Shown here piece by piece: positions 26,753 to 37,748 of a stretch of DNA of 64,000 bases. Below the pieces are notes generated by a model. That model was not told the origin of the DNA. It ran no database searches and saw nothing but the letters and a program-made list of their open reading frames with translations. Positions within the stretch are counted from its first letter, which is position 1. Each line of letters opens with the position of its first letter. The DNA is from Methanomassiliicoccales archaeon UBA280 (GTDB lineage Archaea > Thermoplasmatota > Thermoplasmata > SG8-5): assembly GCA_002499085.1 (NCBI GenBank), contig DAKD01000032.1, positions 1,315 through 65,314 on the forward strand. The letters are read 5' to 3'. The position numbers were made by a program, and so were the translations under genes.

Positions 26753-27142
26753 TCAGACAACATCCAGGCTGATTTCCCGGCCGTCCCGGGAATATGCCCG
26801 CCAGGAACCCATGTCATATGGATATCCGATGATTATGTGGACTGGCCCGGTCTGGGCGAAAAGCCTCAGGTCCTCGTCCGACGGATGGTTGTCTCCGGAC
26901 GGGTGCGAGTGTGCGGTGCCCACCCGCCTGAAATCTATGGGAAGATCATGAAGCCTGAGTATGGCATAGCGCTCGCTTGCTATCGTGCCCGGGCCAAGCC
27001 AGAACTCGAATATTATCCCGTCCTCCGCGATAAGGAAACAGGAGAATTCATGCGGTTGGGGCGATTCATAGGCCGATCTCGAGGCTGCGAGCAGGTCCGC
27101 GAGAAGCTTCCTGTTGATGGCAGTGACCTTCTTCCTGGGCAA
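26753..27142 (-). CDS. JAMM/MPN+ family metalloprotease (Mov34/PAD-1)
   Basis: JAMM motif HSHPSGDNHPSDED (HxHx7Sx2D) and an upstream Glu. Confidence 0.85.
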   Translation of the reverse strand: MPRKKVTAINRKLLADLLAASRSAYESPQPHEFSCFLIAEDGIIFEFWLGPGTIASERYAILRLHDLPIDFRRVGTAHSHPSGDNHPSDEDLRLFAQTGPVHIIIGYPYDMGSWRAYSRDGREISLDVV

Positions 27143-27146
27143 TGCC

Positions 27147-27950
27147 TCACATCCTCAGTTTCTTCCAGGCCCGGTCGTAGAAATCCTCCTGGAACCTCAC
27201 GAACCTTGCCGGGTTCTCGGAACGGCTCAGCCTGAGCACATCCTCCGGGTCTATCCGTATCTCGTCCTGACCGTCCAGCACCATCATGCACCTCTTCTTG
27301 TCCGCGTGCCTGACCTCGACCGTGCTGTTCGCCGGAATGACCAGCGGGCGAATCGCCAGGTTGAAGGGGGCTATGGGCGCCAGAACGAATGCATCGACCC
27401 GGGGGTCGATTATTGGGCCGCCTACGCTCATGGCATAGCTTGTCGAGCCTGTGGGCGTGGAGATTATGAGGCCGTCCGCTCTTACATTGAGGGCGGGCTT
27501 GCCGTCAACCAGGACGTCGAAATGGTGCATCTTGGAGACATGGCTGGTGTGCAGCACAGCCTCGTTGATGCAGTCGGGAAGCCTTGTCTCGTTGCGCATG
27601 ACCTTGAGACGCATCCTCTCCTCGACCGTGTACTGGCCGGAAAGTATCCTTTTCACCCGGGCAGTTATCTCGTCCCTCGGTATCTCGGTGAGGAAGCCAA
27701 GCTGGCCCGCGTTTATCCCGGCAATGACGTGATTGCATCTCTGGAGCGCATAGAGGATGGTGCCGTCCCCGCCTATGGTTATGAGCACGTCGATTTCCAT
27801 GGCTTCGAGGGGTTGGCCCTTCTTCCCGAGTTTCTTCGCAAGCTCGAATTCGTACACGATCTCGGCCCTGTCCTCCAGGACCGGGCACAGTTCTGCGAGG
27901 ACATTGTCCACATCCCTCAGCTTCGGATTTGCCAGTATCCCGATTCTCAT
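27147..27950 (-). CDS. nadK: NAD+ kinase
   Basis: GGDGTIL motif and NE..L/TPTGSTSY region. Start trimmed to MRIGIL at 27950 (ATGA overlap with the upstream gene). Confidence 0.9.
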   Translation of the reverse strand: MRIGILANPKLRDVDNVLAELCPVLEDRAEIVYEFELAKKLGKKGQPLEAMEIDVLITIGGDGTILYALQRCNHVIAGINAGQLGFLTEIPRDEITARVKRILSGQYTVEERMRLKVMRNETRLPDCINEAVLHTSHVSKMHHFDVLVDGKPALNVRADGLIISTPTGSTSYAMSVGGPIIDPRVDAFVLAPIAPFNLAIRPLVIPANSTVEVRHADKKRCMMVLDGQDEIRIDPEDVLRLSRSENPARFVRFQEDFYDRAWKKLRM

Positions 27951-28714
27951 GTCAGCAGCCTCCTGGCCTCTTCGGAGCCGGCCGCGCACATGTTCCTTCT
28001 CTCATCGAGGGACAATGGCATGTCCAGTATTTCATTATTTTCGTCCCAAGCCTGGCCGCCCGCCTCGCGCAGGACCAGGACTGCCGCGGCAATGTCGATG
28101 ATCCTCGGGCTCTTGCTGATATCCGGGTACCTCACTAGGAATGCGTCGGCCTGGCCGCTTGCCACGGAGCACAGCTCGAGCGCAGTGGAGCCAAGGCATC
28201 TCACCCTCTTGAACCTTGAAGCCACTGTGTGAACCAGTGGGTCGGCCGCGCCGCCCAGGTATGCCATCAGCAGCTTCTCGGCTCCCGGCTCTTTCACCCT
28301 TATCGACGCACCGTTCAGCGTGGCGCCCTTCCCCTTGGAAGCGTGGAATGCATCCCCGGTGACCAGGTTCATCACAAGGCCCTCGCGCATTCCTGAAAGC
28401 GAGTCCTTTCCCACTGCCAGCGATACGCTGTAGAACGGTATGCCTGCGCAGGCATTGTGCGTGCCGTCGATCGGGTCCGCGACCAGCACGTCCCCGAATC
28501 CGCGGTCGATGATCCCGGCTTCCTCGCTCAGAACATTGAGGCGGACATCCTTATCATCCAGGTACCGGAGGATGGCGTCCTCCGCGACCTTGTCGATGTA
28601 ACTTGTCGGCGTGCCGTCCGCGCCCATTCCGACGGACTTTGCCCTCTCTTCCAATGACAACGCTGAAACAGCTTGCCTGACTGCCCCGGCCATACCGAGG
28701 AGCTTTTCCCTCAT
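27947..28714 (-). CDS. suhB: Inositol monophosphatase / fructose-1,6-bisphosphatase family protein
   Basis: Motifs SEE, DPIDGT and WD..A(G/A). Coupled to nadK, as in archaeal NADK-IMPase pairs. Confidence 0.88.
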   Translation of the reverse strand: MREKLLGMAGAVRQAVSALSLEERAKSVGMGADGTPTSYIDKVAEDAILRYLDDKDVRLNVLSEEAGIIDRGFGDVLVADPIDGTHNACAGIPFYSVSLAVGKDSLSGMREGLVMNLVTGDAFHASKGKGATLNGASIRVKEPGAEKLLMAYLGGAADPLVHTVASRFKRVRCLGSTALELCSVASGQADAFLVRYPDISKSPRIIDIAAAVLVLREAGGQAWDENNEILDMPLSLDERRNMCAAGSEEARRLLT

Positions 28715-28745
28715 GATATGGCCCAGGCCGACTCATCATAAAAAA

Positions 28746-29006
28746 CTATCTGCCGAAAGGGAAAACAGAGGAGAGGCCATCCCCGGTTGCCCGGCTGATC
28801 AGCTTCCGGATGCTGAAGCTCTCCTCGAATTGACTGGCCAGCTTTTCGGCCAGCTTCCTGTCCATCCCGCCCCTGATCATGCCCTTCCTGAGCTTCCTGG
28901 CAGCCTTCTTTGCCCTGCGCTTGAACCTGAGGGCGGAGAAAACCAGCCTGATCGTCAGTCCGGGCACCCTGGCCAGGGCGGCCAGCGGGAGTTCACTCAT
29001 CTTCAA
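28746..29006 (-). CDS. Hypothetical small basic protein
   Basis: ORF only. 14-nt overlap with the upstream ORF in the same orientation. Confidence 0.45.
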   Translation of the reverse strand: MKMSELPLAALARVPGLTIRLVFSALRFKRRAKKAARKLRKGMIRGGMDRKLAEKLASQFEESFSIRKLISRATGDGLSSVFPFGR

Positions 29007-29388
29007 ACTTCCTTGCGATCTTGGCCTTGACTTTCTTCTCTATCTCGTCGCCCAGGTCATCATGGTTCCCGTGGCCGTGATTGCCTATGTTGATGCCGCC
29101 GCTCTCGCCCAGCACCTTGGATATCATGCCTCCGGGGCTGGAGCTGTCCATGAACTTCTGCGTGAGCTGGAAGGCCTTGTCCTCGTCCATTCCCGCGTCT
29201 ATCATCGACTTGTAGAACTTCGCGACCGCCATGCCGAAAGCCTCAGACTTCTCCGCGCTGAACAGCGCCTCGGTTATCTCGTTCAGCAGCTTGGGCACTG
29301 TCGAGCTTACTGCCTCCAGTATCTCTTTCACTTCCTGGGCGTCATTCTTGGAGCCCAGCACATCCTTCTCTATGTCGTCTTTTGCCAT
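28993..29388 (-). CDS. Hypothetical acidic helical protein
   Basis: ORF with a coherent helical, charged composition and a His/Gly-rich segment INIGNHGHGNHDD. Confidence 0.55.
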   Translation of the reverse strand: MAKDDIEKDVLGSKNDAQEVKEILEAVSSTVPKLLNEITEALFSAEKSEAFGMAVAKFYKSMIDAGMDEDKAFQLTQKFMDSSSPGGMISKVLGESGGINIGNHGHGNHDDLGDEIEKKVKAKIARKFEDE

Positions 29389-29591
29389 ATTTCATACCTC
29401 CTGCGAGCGGTTTTCCCGCTTCTGATACTCAATAGTTTGGGCAGAGTATTTAAATGAGGTGGAAAAATGTGAGCAGTTTGGGTGCAGTTGACTCGGGCAG
29501 TTCGGAGCCGTTGAAACGCATATTCGTGGCAGCATGCCCCGGCTGATGGCGGCAATTTCCGGATTGAAGGCCGGGGTCGTATATTCTCATC

Positions 29592-30153
29592 TGTATGGGT
29601 GACAGAGCATTTTAGGGCAGTTTGTTGCTCTATTCTCGGGGGCCTCGCCTGTACGAGCATCGTAGCTCCTAGGCAAATCCCAACATCGATGCGAGTGAGA
29701 CGAATGGCCCATGCGCTTGTAAACGCCATTCGTTGCAAGGGCGGATGGGTCAGGTACTCGCCCAGCCTGTGCGAGCTGGGTGAAATTACGGGCTCCTGCA
29801 GGGATTCGTCTCTCTCATCCTTCGCATTGTACATAAAAGTAAAGTTTGAAAGAAACGCATCTGTGCCAGAGCTTGGTTTATGCGCGACCGCCCTCCGTTC
29901 CAAATGTCCCGCAGGACTTTGGATGCTGCCTAAAACAGGCGGGGCATGCTGCTTGACTTTTTTCGAACCATTGGATATACGAAACTCTTGAAAGTTTGAA
30001 AGAGACGATTCTGTGCAAGAGTTGATAAATGTATACCCCGCCCTGACAGGCGGGGCTTCCTGGGCAGAAAATACATTTGCGCAGAGATGCCGCTCAAGCG
30101 CACCCGATGAGAAAATGCATTTAAACCCCACCCTGGCAGGTGGGGCATGCTGC
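29592..30153. repeat. Modular hairpin-rich dispersed intergenic repeat, copy Y (full unit 29592-29926 plus a second partial module to 30153)
   Basis: Collinear with 12714-13048 apart from two indels of ~85-100 bp. Downstream module AGTTTGAAAGAGACG...CCCCGCCCTGACAGGCGGGG...AAACCCCACCCTGGCAGGTGGGGCATGC parallels 12880-13015 and 7515-7670. Confidence 0.8.
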
Positions 30154-30178
30154 TTGGTAAATGCCTCTGGGTGATGAT

Positions 30179-30640
30179 TTATTTCATCACCCCCAGCAAT
30201 TTGAGCCATTTCTCTACAAGTTCGTCCGAGACCTTGTATTTCTTAACCTTCCTGTCCCCCACGACCTCGATGGCCCTGGCATCCTCCAGCTCCTTGAGCT
30301 TGTCCCGGACTGTTTTCCTGGACGATGTCCCGCGCTTCTCCTTCAGGATGTCGGCTATCTGGGAGATGTTCAGCTCCTTCTTCTCGAACAGTATGACCAG
30401 TATCTCCTGGGCGATAGGGTCCTTGACCGACGGGACCAGCATCTCCGGCGAGACTTTGCCGTGCTGCTGGTACAGGTTGATGATCTTCAGGTAGCCGGAG
30501 GCCATCTCGTTGAACTTGGCCATCAGGGACATCGCTTCCTGGTAGGGCTTCGCCATGTCGGATATCATGCCCTCGAGGTTGTCGATTTTATTGGATAGTC
30601 TCTCGATTTCCTTGTCCTTGTCCTTCTCCCTGCTGGTCAC
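30179..30640 (-). CDS. Winged-helix DNA-binding protein with N-terminal coiled coil
   Basis: The C-terminal segment LNISQIADILKEKRGTSSRKTVRDKLKELEDARAIEVVGDRKVKKYKV is wHTH-like. Confidence 0.65.
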   Translation of the reverse strand: MTSREKDKDKEIERLSNKIDNLEGMISDMAKPYQEAMSLMAKFNEMASGYLKIINLYQQHGKVSPEMLVPSVKDPIAQEILVILFEKKELNISQIADILKEKRGTSSRKTVRDKLKELEDARAIEVVGDRKVKKYKVSDELVEKWLKLLGVMK

Positions 30641-30684
30641 GGGAGAAGGTATCTATAATCGAATATTAGATAGTTATGAATGGT

Positions 30685-32753
<2,069 letters not shown>

Positions 32754-32832
32754 CCCGATATTTTTAAATATGCTGTTACTTATACATCATAGGTACATCA
32801 AAAGTACGTTTAAACGGATTAAAGGTGGAACT

Positions 32833-33561
32833 ATGGCGGAAGTCAGAGTGATAATCCCGGACGAGGTGGACAGGTACCTGGACAGCGTCATCAAGTCCGG
32901 AATGTTCGGAAACAAGGCCGAGCTGGCCAGGGCCGCGATAGTGCATTTTCTCAACACATTGGGGCCGGTATCGAAGGGCTATGACACAGAGACATCGTTC
33001 TCCCCGGACGGCAGGATCTTCCAGCTGGAGTATGCGAGGGAATCCGTGCAGAGGGGCAGGCCGGTCGTCGGGATCGTGTGCTCGGACGGCGCCGTGCTGG
33101 CAACCGAGAACCTGTCTAAGGGCCCAGACTCGCTGCTGGTCTCCAACCCGGGCATCAGGAGGATATCCGAGAACATAGCCATCGGATACTCGGGCCTGGC
33201 AGTGGACGCGATGATGGTGATGGACCACCTCAAGCCCCTGGACCTCAAGACTGAAGAGAAGGTCTTGACCGCCATAAGGGAGATGTACTGGAACCAGACC
33301 CTGAAAAGGGACACGAGGCCGCTCGGGGCGAGCCTGCTTGTGGCGACTTGCTTCTCGAGGCCGCGGCTGTTCGAGGTCGAGCCGGGCGGGATGATAAACG
33401 AGTGCTTGGCCGGGATAATAGGGGCCGGGAGCGAAGCCTCGAGGGCTTCCCTGGCTGCGGAATACAGGAAGACAGCGATAAAGAACACGGGAAAGCTCAT
33501 CGCCTCGATGCTGGGCGAGGGCAGGGAATACACGGTCGAGACATTGCTGGCAGGAGCGTGA
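32833..33561 (+). CDS. Proteasome alpha-type subunit with N-terminal ribbon-helix-helix (CopG-like) extension
   Basis: Residues 1-45 (MAEVRVIIPDEVDRYLDSVIKSGMFGNKAELARAAIVHFLNTL) fit a beta-alpha-alpha RHH pattern. YDTETSFSPDGRIFQLEYARESVQRG and a short, divergent alpha-type core follow. Start at the Met at 32833, after AAAGGTGG. Confidence 0.75.
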   Translation: MAEVRVIIPDEVDRYLDSVIKSGMFGNKAELARAAIVHFLNTLGPVSKGYDTETSFSPDGRIFQLEYARESVQRGRPVVGIVCSDGAVLATENLSKGPDSLLVSNPGIRRISENIAIGYSGLAVDAMMVMDHLKPLDLKTEEKVLTAIREMYWNQTLKRDTRPLGASLLVATCFSRPRLFEVEPGGMINECLAGIIGAGSEASRASLAAEYRKTAIKNTGKLIASMLGEGREYTVETLLAGA

Positions 33562-33565
33562 TTGC

Positions 33566-34333
33566 ATGGAGGACGACATCAGGATAACGGACAGGAAGGA
33601 CGTGAGCGTGAAAGGCGCGGTGCTGATCGAGGGATTTCCCAGCATCGGAATGGTGAGCTCGATTGTGGCCAATTACCTGATAAAGACACTCAACATGGAG
33701 TATATAGGCTCTGTCAGGTCCAAGAACTTCCAGCCTCTCTCCGTCATCTCCGGGGGCGTGCCGATGCCGCCTGTGAGAATATACGCGGGCCAGCCAGTCG
33801 AGAAGAAGGACTGCATATGCGAAAGATTGGTCGTGGTCACCTCCGAGTTCGCGCCACCGGCCGAGCTGATGCAGCCGCTTGCAGAGAGATTGCTGGAATG
33901 GTCCAAGGACAAGGGCATCAAGACCATCATTTCGATAGAAGGCATAATCAGCGAGAGCAAGGAACATGAGCAGCACAGCACCTATGCCATTGCCAGCTCG
34001 CCTGCGGCCAGGAAGCTCCTTGAGAACAGGAACATCAAGCCGATGCAGAACGGCATAATCACCGGAATTTCCGGAGTGCTGCTCCACGAGGCCGAAGCCA
34101 AGGGCCAGGATGTCATATGCCTGCTCTCGGACGCGAATCCCCAGATACCGGACGCGCGTGCGGCCGCAAGGCTCATCGAGCTTCTGGACGGATTCCTGCC
34201 CAAGATAAAGCTTGACCCGCAGCCCCTCATCAAGGAGGCGGAGAGATTGGAAGGATTGCTGAAGCAGTCCCTGGCCCATGCAGGCGCGATGAACGTTCCC
34301 GTGGGCAAGGAACAGCAGGTCATGTACGGCTGA
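33566..34333 (+). CDS. PAC2-family proteasome assembly chaperone-like protein
   Basis: N-terminal GFPSIGMVSSIVANYLI and overall PAC2 (PbaA/PbaB-like) pattern. Lies 4 nt after the alpha-type gene. Confidence 0.75.
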   Translation: MEDDIRITDRKDVSVKGAVLIEGFPSIGMVSSIVANYLIKTLNMEYIGSVRSKNFQPLSVISGGVPMPPVRIYAGQPVEKKDCICERLVVVTSEFAPPAELMQPLAERLLEWSKDKGIKTIISIEGIISESKEHEQHSTYAIASSPAARKLLENRNIKPMQNGIITGISGVLLHEAEAKGQDVICLLSDANPQIPDARAAARLIELLDGFLPKIKLDPQPLIKEAERLEGLLKQSLAHAGAMNVPVGKEQQVMYG

Positions 34334-34438
34334 GTGCTTTCTGTTACGGATTGCCCTGTTTTGCATCGGTGCATTCCATGGGCGGTTACAAACCTTAAAA
34401 TCCGACCTTGCATTCCGGGCAGAAAACGAGGTGTCTGA

Positions 34439-37159
34439 ATGCCAAAGAAGCTTATTTACCTCTTTTCCGAGGGAAAGGGGGACATGAAGGACCTGCTGGG
34501 CGGCAAAGGGGCGAATCTTGCGGAGATGACCAGGATAGGGCTCACTGTCCCGCCAGGGTTCGTGATCACGACAGAAGCATGCAACGCGTACAATGCCCAA
34601 GGAAAGAAACTGCCAGCCGGACTGATGCAGGATGCCAGGAAGGCGATGGCCTCCGTGGAAAAGGCCGCGGGCAAGAGGTTCGGGGACATGAAGAGGCCGC
34701 TACTGGTCTCGGTCCGCTCCGGCGCCAGGGTATCCATGCCGGGCATGATGGACACCATACTGAATCTGGGGCTGAATGACGGGACTGTCCGGGCCCTGGC
34801 CGCGGCCACGAGGAACGAGCGCTTTGCCTGGGACTGCTACCGCAGGTTCGTCCAGATGTACGGCGACGTCGTGATGGGCGTGCAGAAGCGCGCCGGCGAG
34901 GACCATGAGCCTTTCGAGGTTGCCATACACGATCTCAAGATCAAACGTTACGGGAAGGACATCGGCGACACCGAGCTTAAGGCCGATGACCTGAAGGCCC
35001 TGGTGGAGCAGTTCAAGGCACTCATCAAGGCCAGGACTGGAAAGGCGTTCCCGACAGACCCATGGAAGCAGCTGGAGGGCGCGATAGGGGCTGTCTTCGA
35101 CTCGTGGATGAACGACCGGGCCGTCGTGTACCGCAGGAAGTACGGCTACCCTGCAGACTGGGGCACGGCCGTGAATGTCCAGGCCATGGTCTTCGGCAAC
35201 ACTGGCAACAAGTCAGGCTCCGGGGTCGGGTTCACCAGGAACCCGGCGAGCGGCGAGAAAGAATTTTACGGCGAATTCCTCATGAACGCGCAGGGCGAGG
35301 ACGTGGTCGCGGGAGTGCGCACCCCCCAGCCCGTGTCGGAGCTTGCAAGGGTCATGCCCCCGGCATTCAGGGAGCTGGAGAGGGTCCGTGGCATCCTGGA
35401 GAAACACTTCAGGGACGTCCAGGACTTCGAGTTCACGATCGAGGACGGAAAACTGTACATGCTCCAGACAAGGAACGGCAAGCGCACAGCGCAGGCCGCC
35501 CTCAGGATCTCCATGGACCTGTTCGACGAGAAGCTGATAGACTGGAAAAGGGCGGTGATGCTCAACCCGGCCAACCAGTTCCATCATCTCCTTGCTCCGG
35601 TGTTCGACCCGGACGAGGTCAGGAAGACCAAGTCCATATGCTCCGGGCTGCCGGCCGGCCCGGGCGCGGCTTCGGGCCAGATCTATCTGAACGCTGACAG
35701 AGCCGCTGCGGCCGCGGGAAAGGGAAACAAGGTTCTGCTCGTGAGGTCGGAGACATCGCCCGAGGACCTCAGGGGCATGATCGCAGCCGAGGGGATACTG
35801 ACTGCAACAGGCGGGGTATCGTCCCATGCCGCGCTCGTAGCCAGGCAGATGGGCAAGGTATGCGTGTGCGGCGCCAGCGCATTGGCGATCGATTATTCGA
35901 AGAAGACCGTCAAGGTCGCGGGAAGGACATTCTCGGAAGGGGATTACCTGTCCATCGACGGTACCGCTGGGACAGTTTACCCGGCAAGGCTGAAGACCGT
36001 GCCCTCGGACATTGTCAGGGCGATTGTGAACCGGGACAAGAGCGCCGCGAAGACGGAGCAGTTCAGGAACTACTGCAGGCTCATGGACTGGTGCTCCAAG
36101 GCCTCCAGGATGAAAGTCAGGACGAACGCGGACAACCCGGAACAGACAGGCAACGCAGTGAGATTCGGCGCGCAGGGAATCGGCCTTTGCAGAACTGAAC
36201 ATATGTTCTTCGAGGGCGACCGCATCGACGCCATGAGGGAGATGATACTGGCAGAGAACGTCGCGGACAGGAAAAAAGCCCTGGCCAAGATCCTCCCCTA
36301 CCAGAGGAAGGACTTCATCGGCATATTCACCGAACTCAACGGCTACCCGGCGACGATTCGCCTGCTTGACCCGCCGCTGCACGAGTTCCTGCCCCATACC
36401 GAGGACCAGCAGAGGGATCTGTCAAGGAAGACAGGCATCTCCGTGGAAAGGATAAAGCACCGTGTGGAAGAACTTCACGAGTTCAACCCGATGCTCGGGC
36501 ACAGGGGCTGCAGGCTCGGGATAGCCTATCCCGAGATAACCGAGATGCAGGCCAGGGCGATTTTCGAGGCCGCGGCCGCGGTCCTGAAGAAGAAGATACC
36601 CGTGAAGCCCGAGGTCATGATACCGCTCGTGGGATTCGCGAAGGAATTGGCTCTCCAGGAGGAGATTGTCAGGAAGGTCGCTGCGGAGGTCATGAAGGAG
36701 CAGAAAGTCAAATTCGACTACCTGGTCGGAACCATGATAGAGGTCCCGAGAGGGGCGCTGACCGCGGACGAGATTGCCGGGGTCGCGGAATTCTTCAGCT
36801 TCGGCACGAACGACCTCACTCAGATGGGCATGGGCATCAGCCGCGACGACATGGGCCATTTCAAGGACTCGTACACGGAACTGGGAGTGTTCTCGAGGAA
36901 CCCGTTCGAATCCCTGGATATCTCGGGCATAGGCCAGCTAATGCAGATTGCCGTGGAGAAAGGCCGCAAAACAAGGCCGAAGATAAAGCTCGGGATCTGC
37001 GGGGAGCACGGCGGCGACCCGGACTCGGTGAGGTTCTGCCATCAACTCGGCCTGGACTACGTGTCATGCTCGCCCTTCAGGGTGCCCGTCGCAAGACTGG
37101 CAGCGGCGCAGGCGGCGATAGAGGACGGGCCCAAGGCCGGAAAATCGAAAAAACGCTGA
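34439..37159 (+). CDS. ppdK: Pyruvate, phosphate dikinase
   Basis: [15 protein letters not shown]-grasp start, phosphohistidine swivel [17 protein letters not shown], and C-terminal PEP-utilising TIM barrel ([19 protein letters not shown]). Confidence 0.95.
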   Translation: MPKKLIYLFSEGKGDMKDLLGGKGANLAEMTRIGLTVPPGFVITTEACNAYNAQGKKLPAGLMQDARKAMASVEKAAGKRFGDMKRPLLVSVRSGARVSMPGMMDTILNLGLNDGTVRALAAATRNERFAWDCYRRFVQMYGDVVMGVQKRAGEDHEPFEVAIHDLKIKRYGKDIGDTELKADDLKALVEQFKALIKARTGKAFPTDPWKQLEGAIGAVFDSWMNDRAVVYRRKYGYPADWGTAVNVQAMVFGNTGNKSGSGVGFTRNPASGEKEFYGEFLMNAQGEDVVAGVRTPQPVSELARVMPPAFRELERVRGILEKHFRDVQDFEFTIEDGKLYMLQTRNGKRTAQAALRISMDLFDEKLIDWKRAVMLNPANQFHHLLAPVFDPDEVRKTKSICSGLPAGPGAASGQIYLNADRAAAAAGKGNKVLLVRSETSPEDLRGMIAAEGILTATGGVSSHAALVARQMGKVCVCGASALAIDYSKKTVKVAGRTFSEGDYLSIDGTAGTVYPARLKTVPSDIVRAIVNRDKSAAKTEQFRNYCRLMDWCSKASRMKVRTNADNPEQTGNAVRFGAQGIGLCRTEHMFFEGDRIDAMREMILAENVADRKKALAKILPYQRKDFIGIFTELNGYPATIRLLDPPLHEFLPHTEDQQRDLSRKTGISVERIKHRVEELHEFNPMLGHRGCRLGIAYPEITEMQARAIFEAAAAVLKKKIPVKPEVMIPLVGFAKELALQEEIVRKVAAEVMKEQKVKFDYLVGTMIEVPRGALTADEIAGVAEFFSFGTNDLTQMGMGISRDDMGHFKDSYTELGVFSRNPFESLDISGIGQLMQIAVEKGRKTRPKIKLGICGEHGGDPDSVRFCHQLGLDYVSCSPFRVPVARLAAAQAAIEDGPKAGKSKKR

Positions 37160-37176
37160 TTTGCCATCCGGGAATA

Positions 37177-37476
37177 TCATGCCCCTAGGTCGCCGTCCAA
37201 CTGCCTTCTGGCGTCCTTAGACATGGCCAGCTCCTCCTCCCAATGCTCCAGCGTGTCGAGGGTCTCCTTGAGCTGTCTGAGGCAGTCTATGCAGACCCAC
37301 CTTTTTCCGACCATCTTGCCCGGAGTCTTCCGGTAGCAGATGGAGCCGCACATCCAGCAGGTGTTCATCTCCTTGGTGCGGTGCTCCGCGTAGGCCTCCA
37401 TCTTGCGGCCCTCGACTATTGACTCGATGACCATCCTGCGCCTGTCGGAATCCGGTTTTATCTCTGCTTTAGGCAT
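37177..37476 (-). CDS. Hypothetical zinc-ribbon protein
   Basis: CWMC...CIDC four-cysteine arrangement. ORF only. Confidence 0.55.
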   Translation of the reverse strand: MPKAEIKPDSDRRRMVIESIVEGRKMEAYAEHRTKEMNTCWMCGSICYRKTPGKMVGKRWVCIDCLRQLKETLDTLEHWEEELAMSKDARRQLDGDLGA

Positions 37477-37566
37477 TTACGTTCCCTATGTTTATGTGTA
37501 TAGGGTTGAGATATTTAGTGTTTTGGTGTTTGTGAGATTGTTATAATTTATTTGATATTGAGATTA

Positions 37567-37748
37567 TTGCTAGGGTCTAGGGTCTGCGTTTTCAAATTGG
37601 GATAAAGGGTCTAGGGTCTAGGGGAGCTGACTTGGTCTGGACAAGCCAGCAAATGCGATTTGGAAGCACCCTATGACCCTATCGCCGAATCGGAGATTCG
37701 GCTTAGTCGCGACACATGTGTCGCTCCTAGCCCCTAGACCCTAGATCC
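37567..37748. repeat. MITE-like TAGGGTC-heptamer element, copy B; its last heptamer provides the arcS stop codon
   Basis: Collinear with 26498-26687. The CTA at 37741-37743 (TAG on the minus strand) lies inside the terminal CCCTAGACCCTAG block. Confidence 0.85.

Noticed and set aside
27114-28232. 372-aa plus-strand ORF across nadK and suhB
   Set aside because: It is antisense to two well-supported genes that are coupled by an ATGA overlap.
32776-36397. Antisense ORFs 32776-33672, 33497-34600 and 35213-36397
   Set aside because: Shadows of the proteasome alpha-type, PAC2 and ppdK genes.
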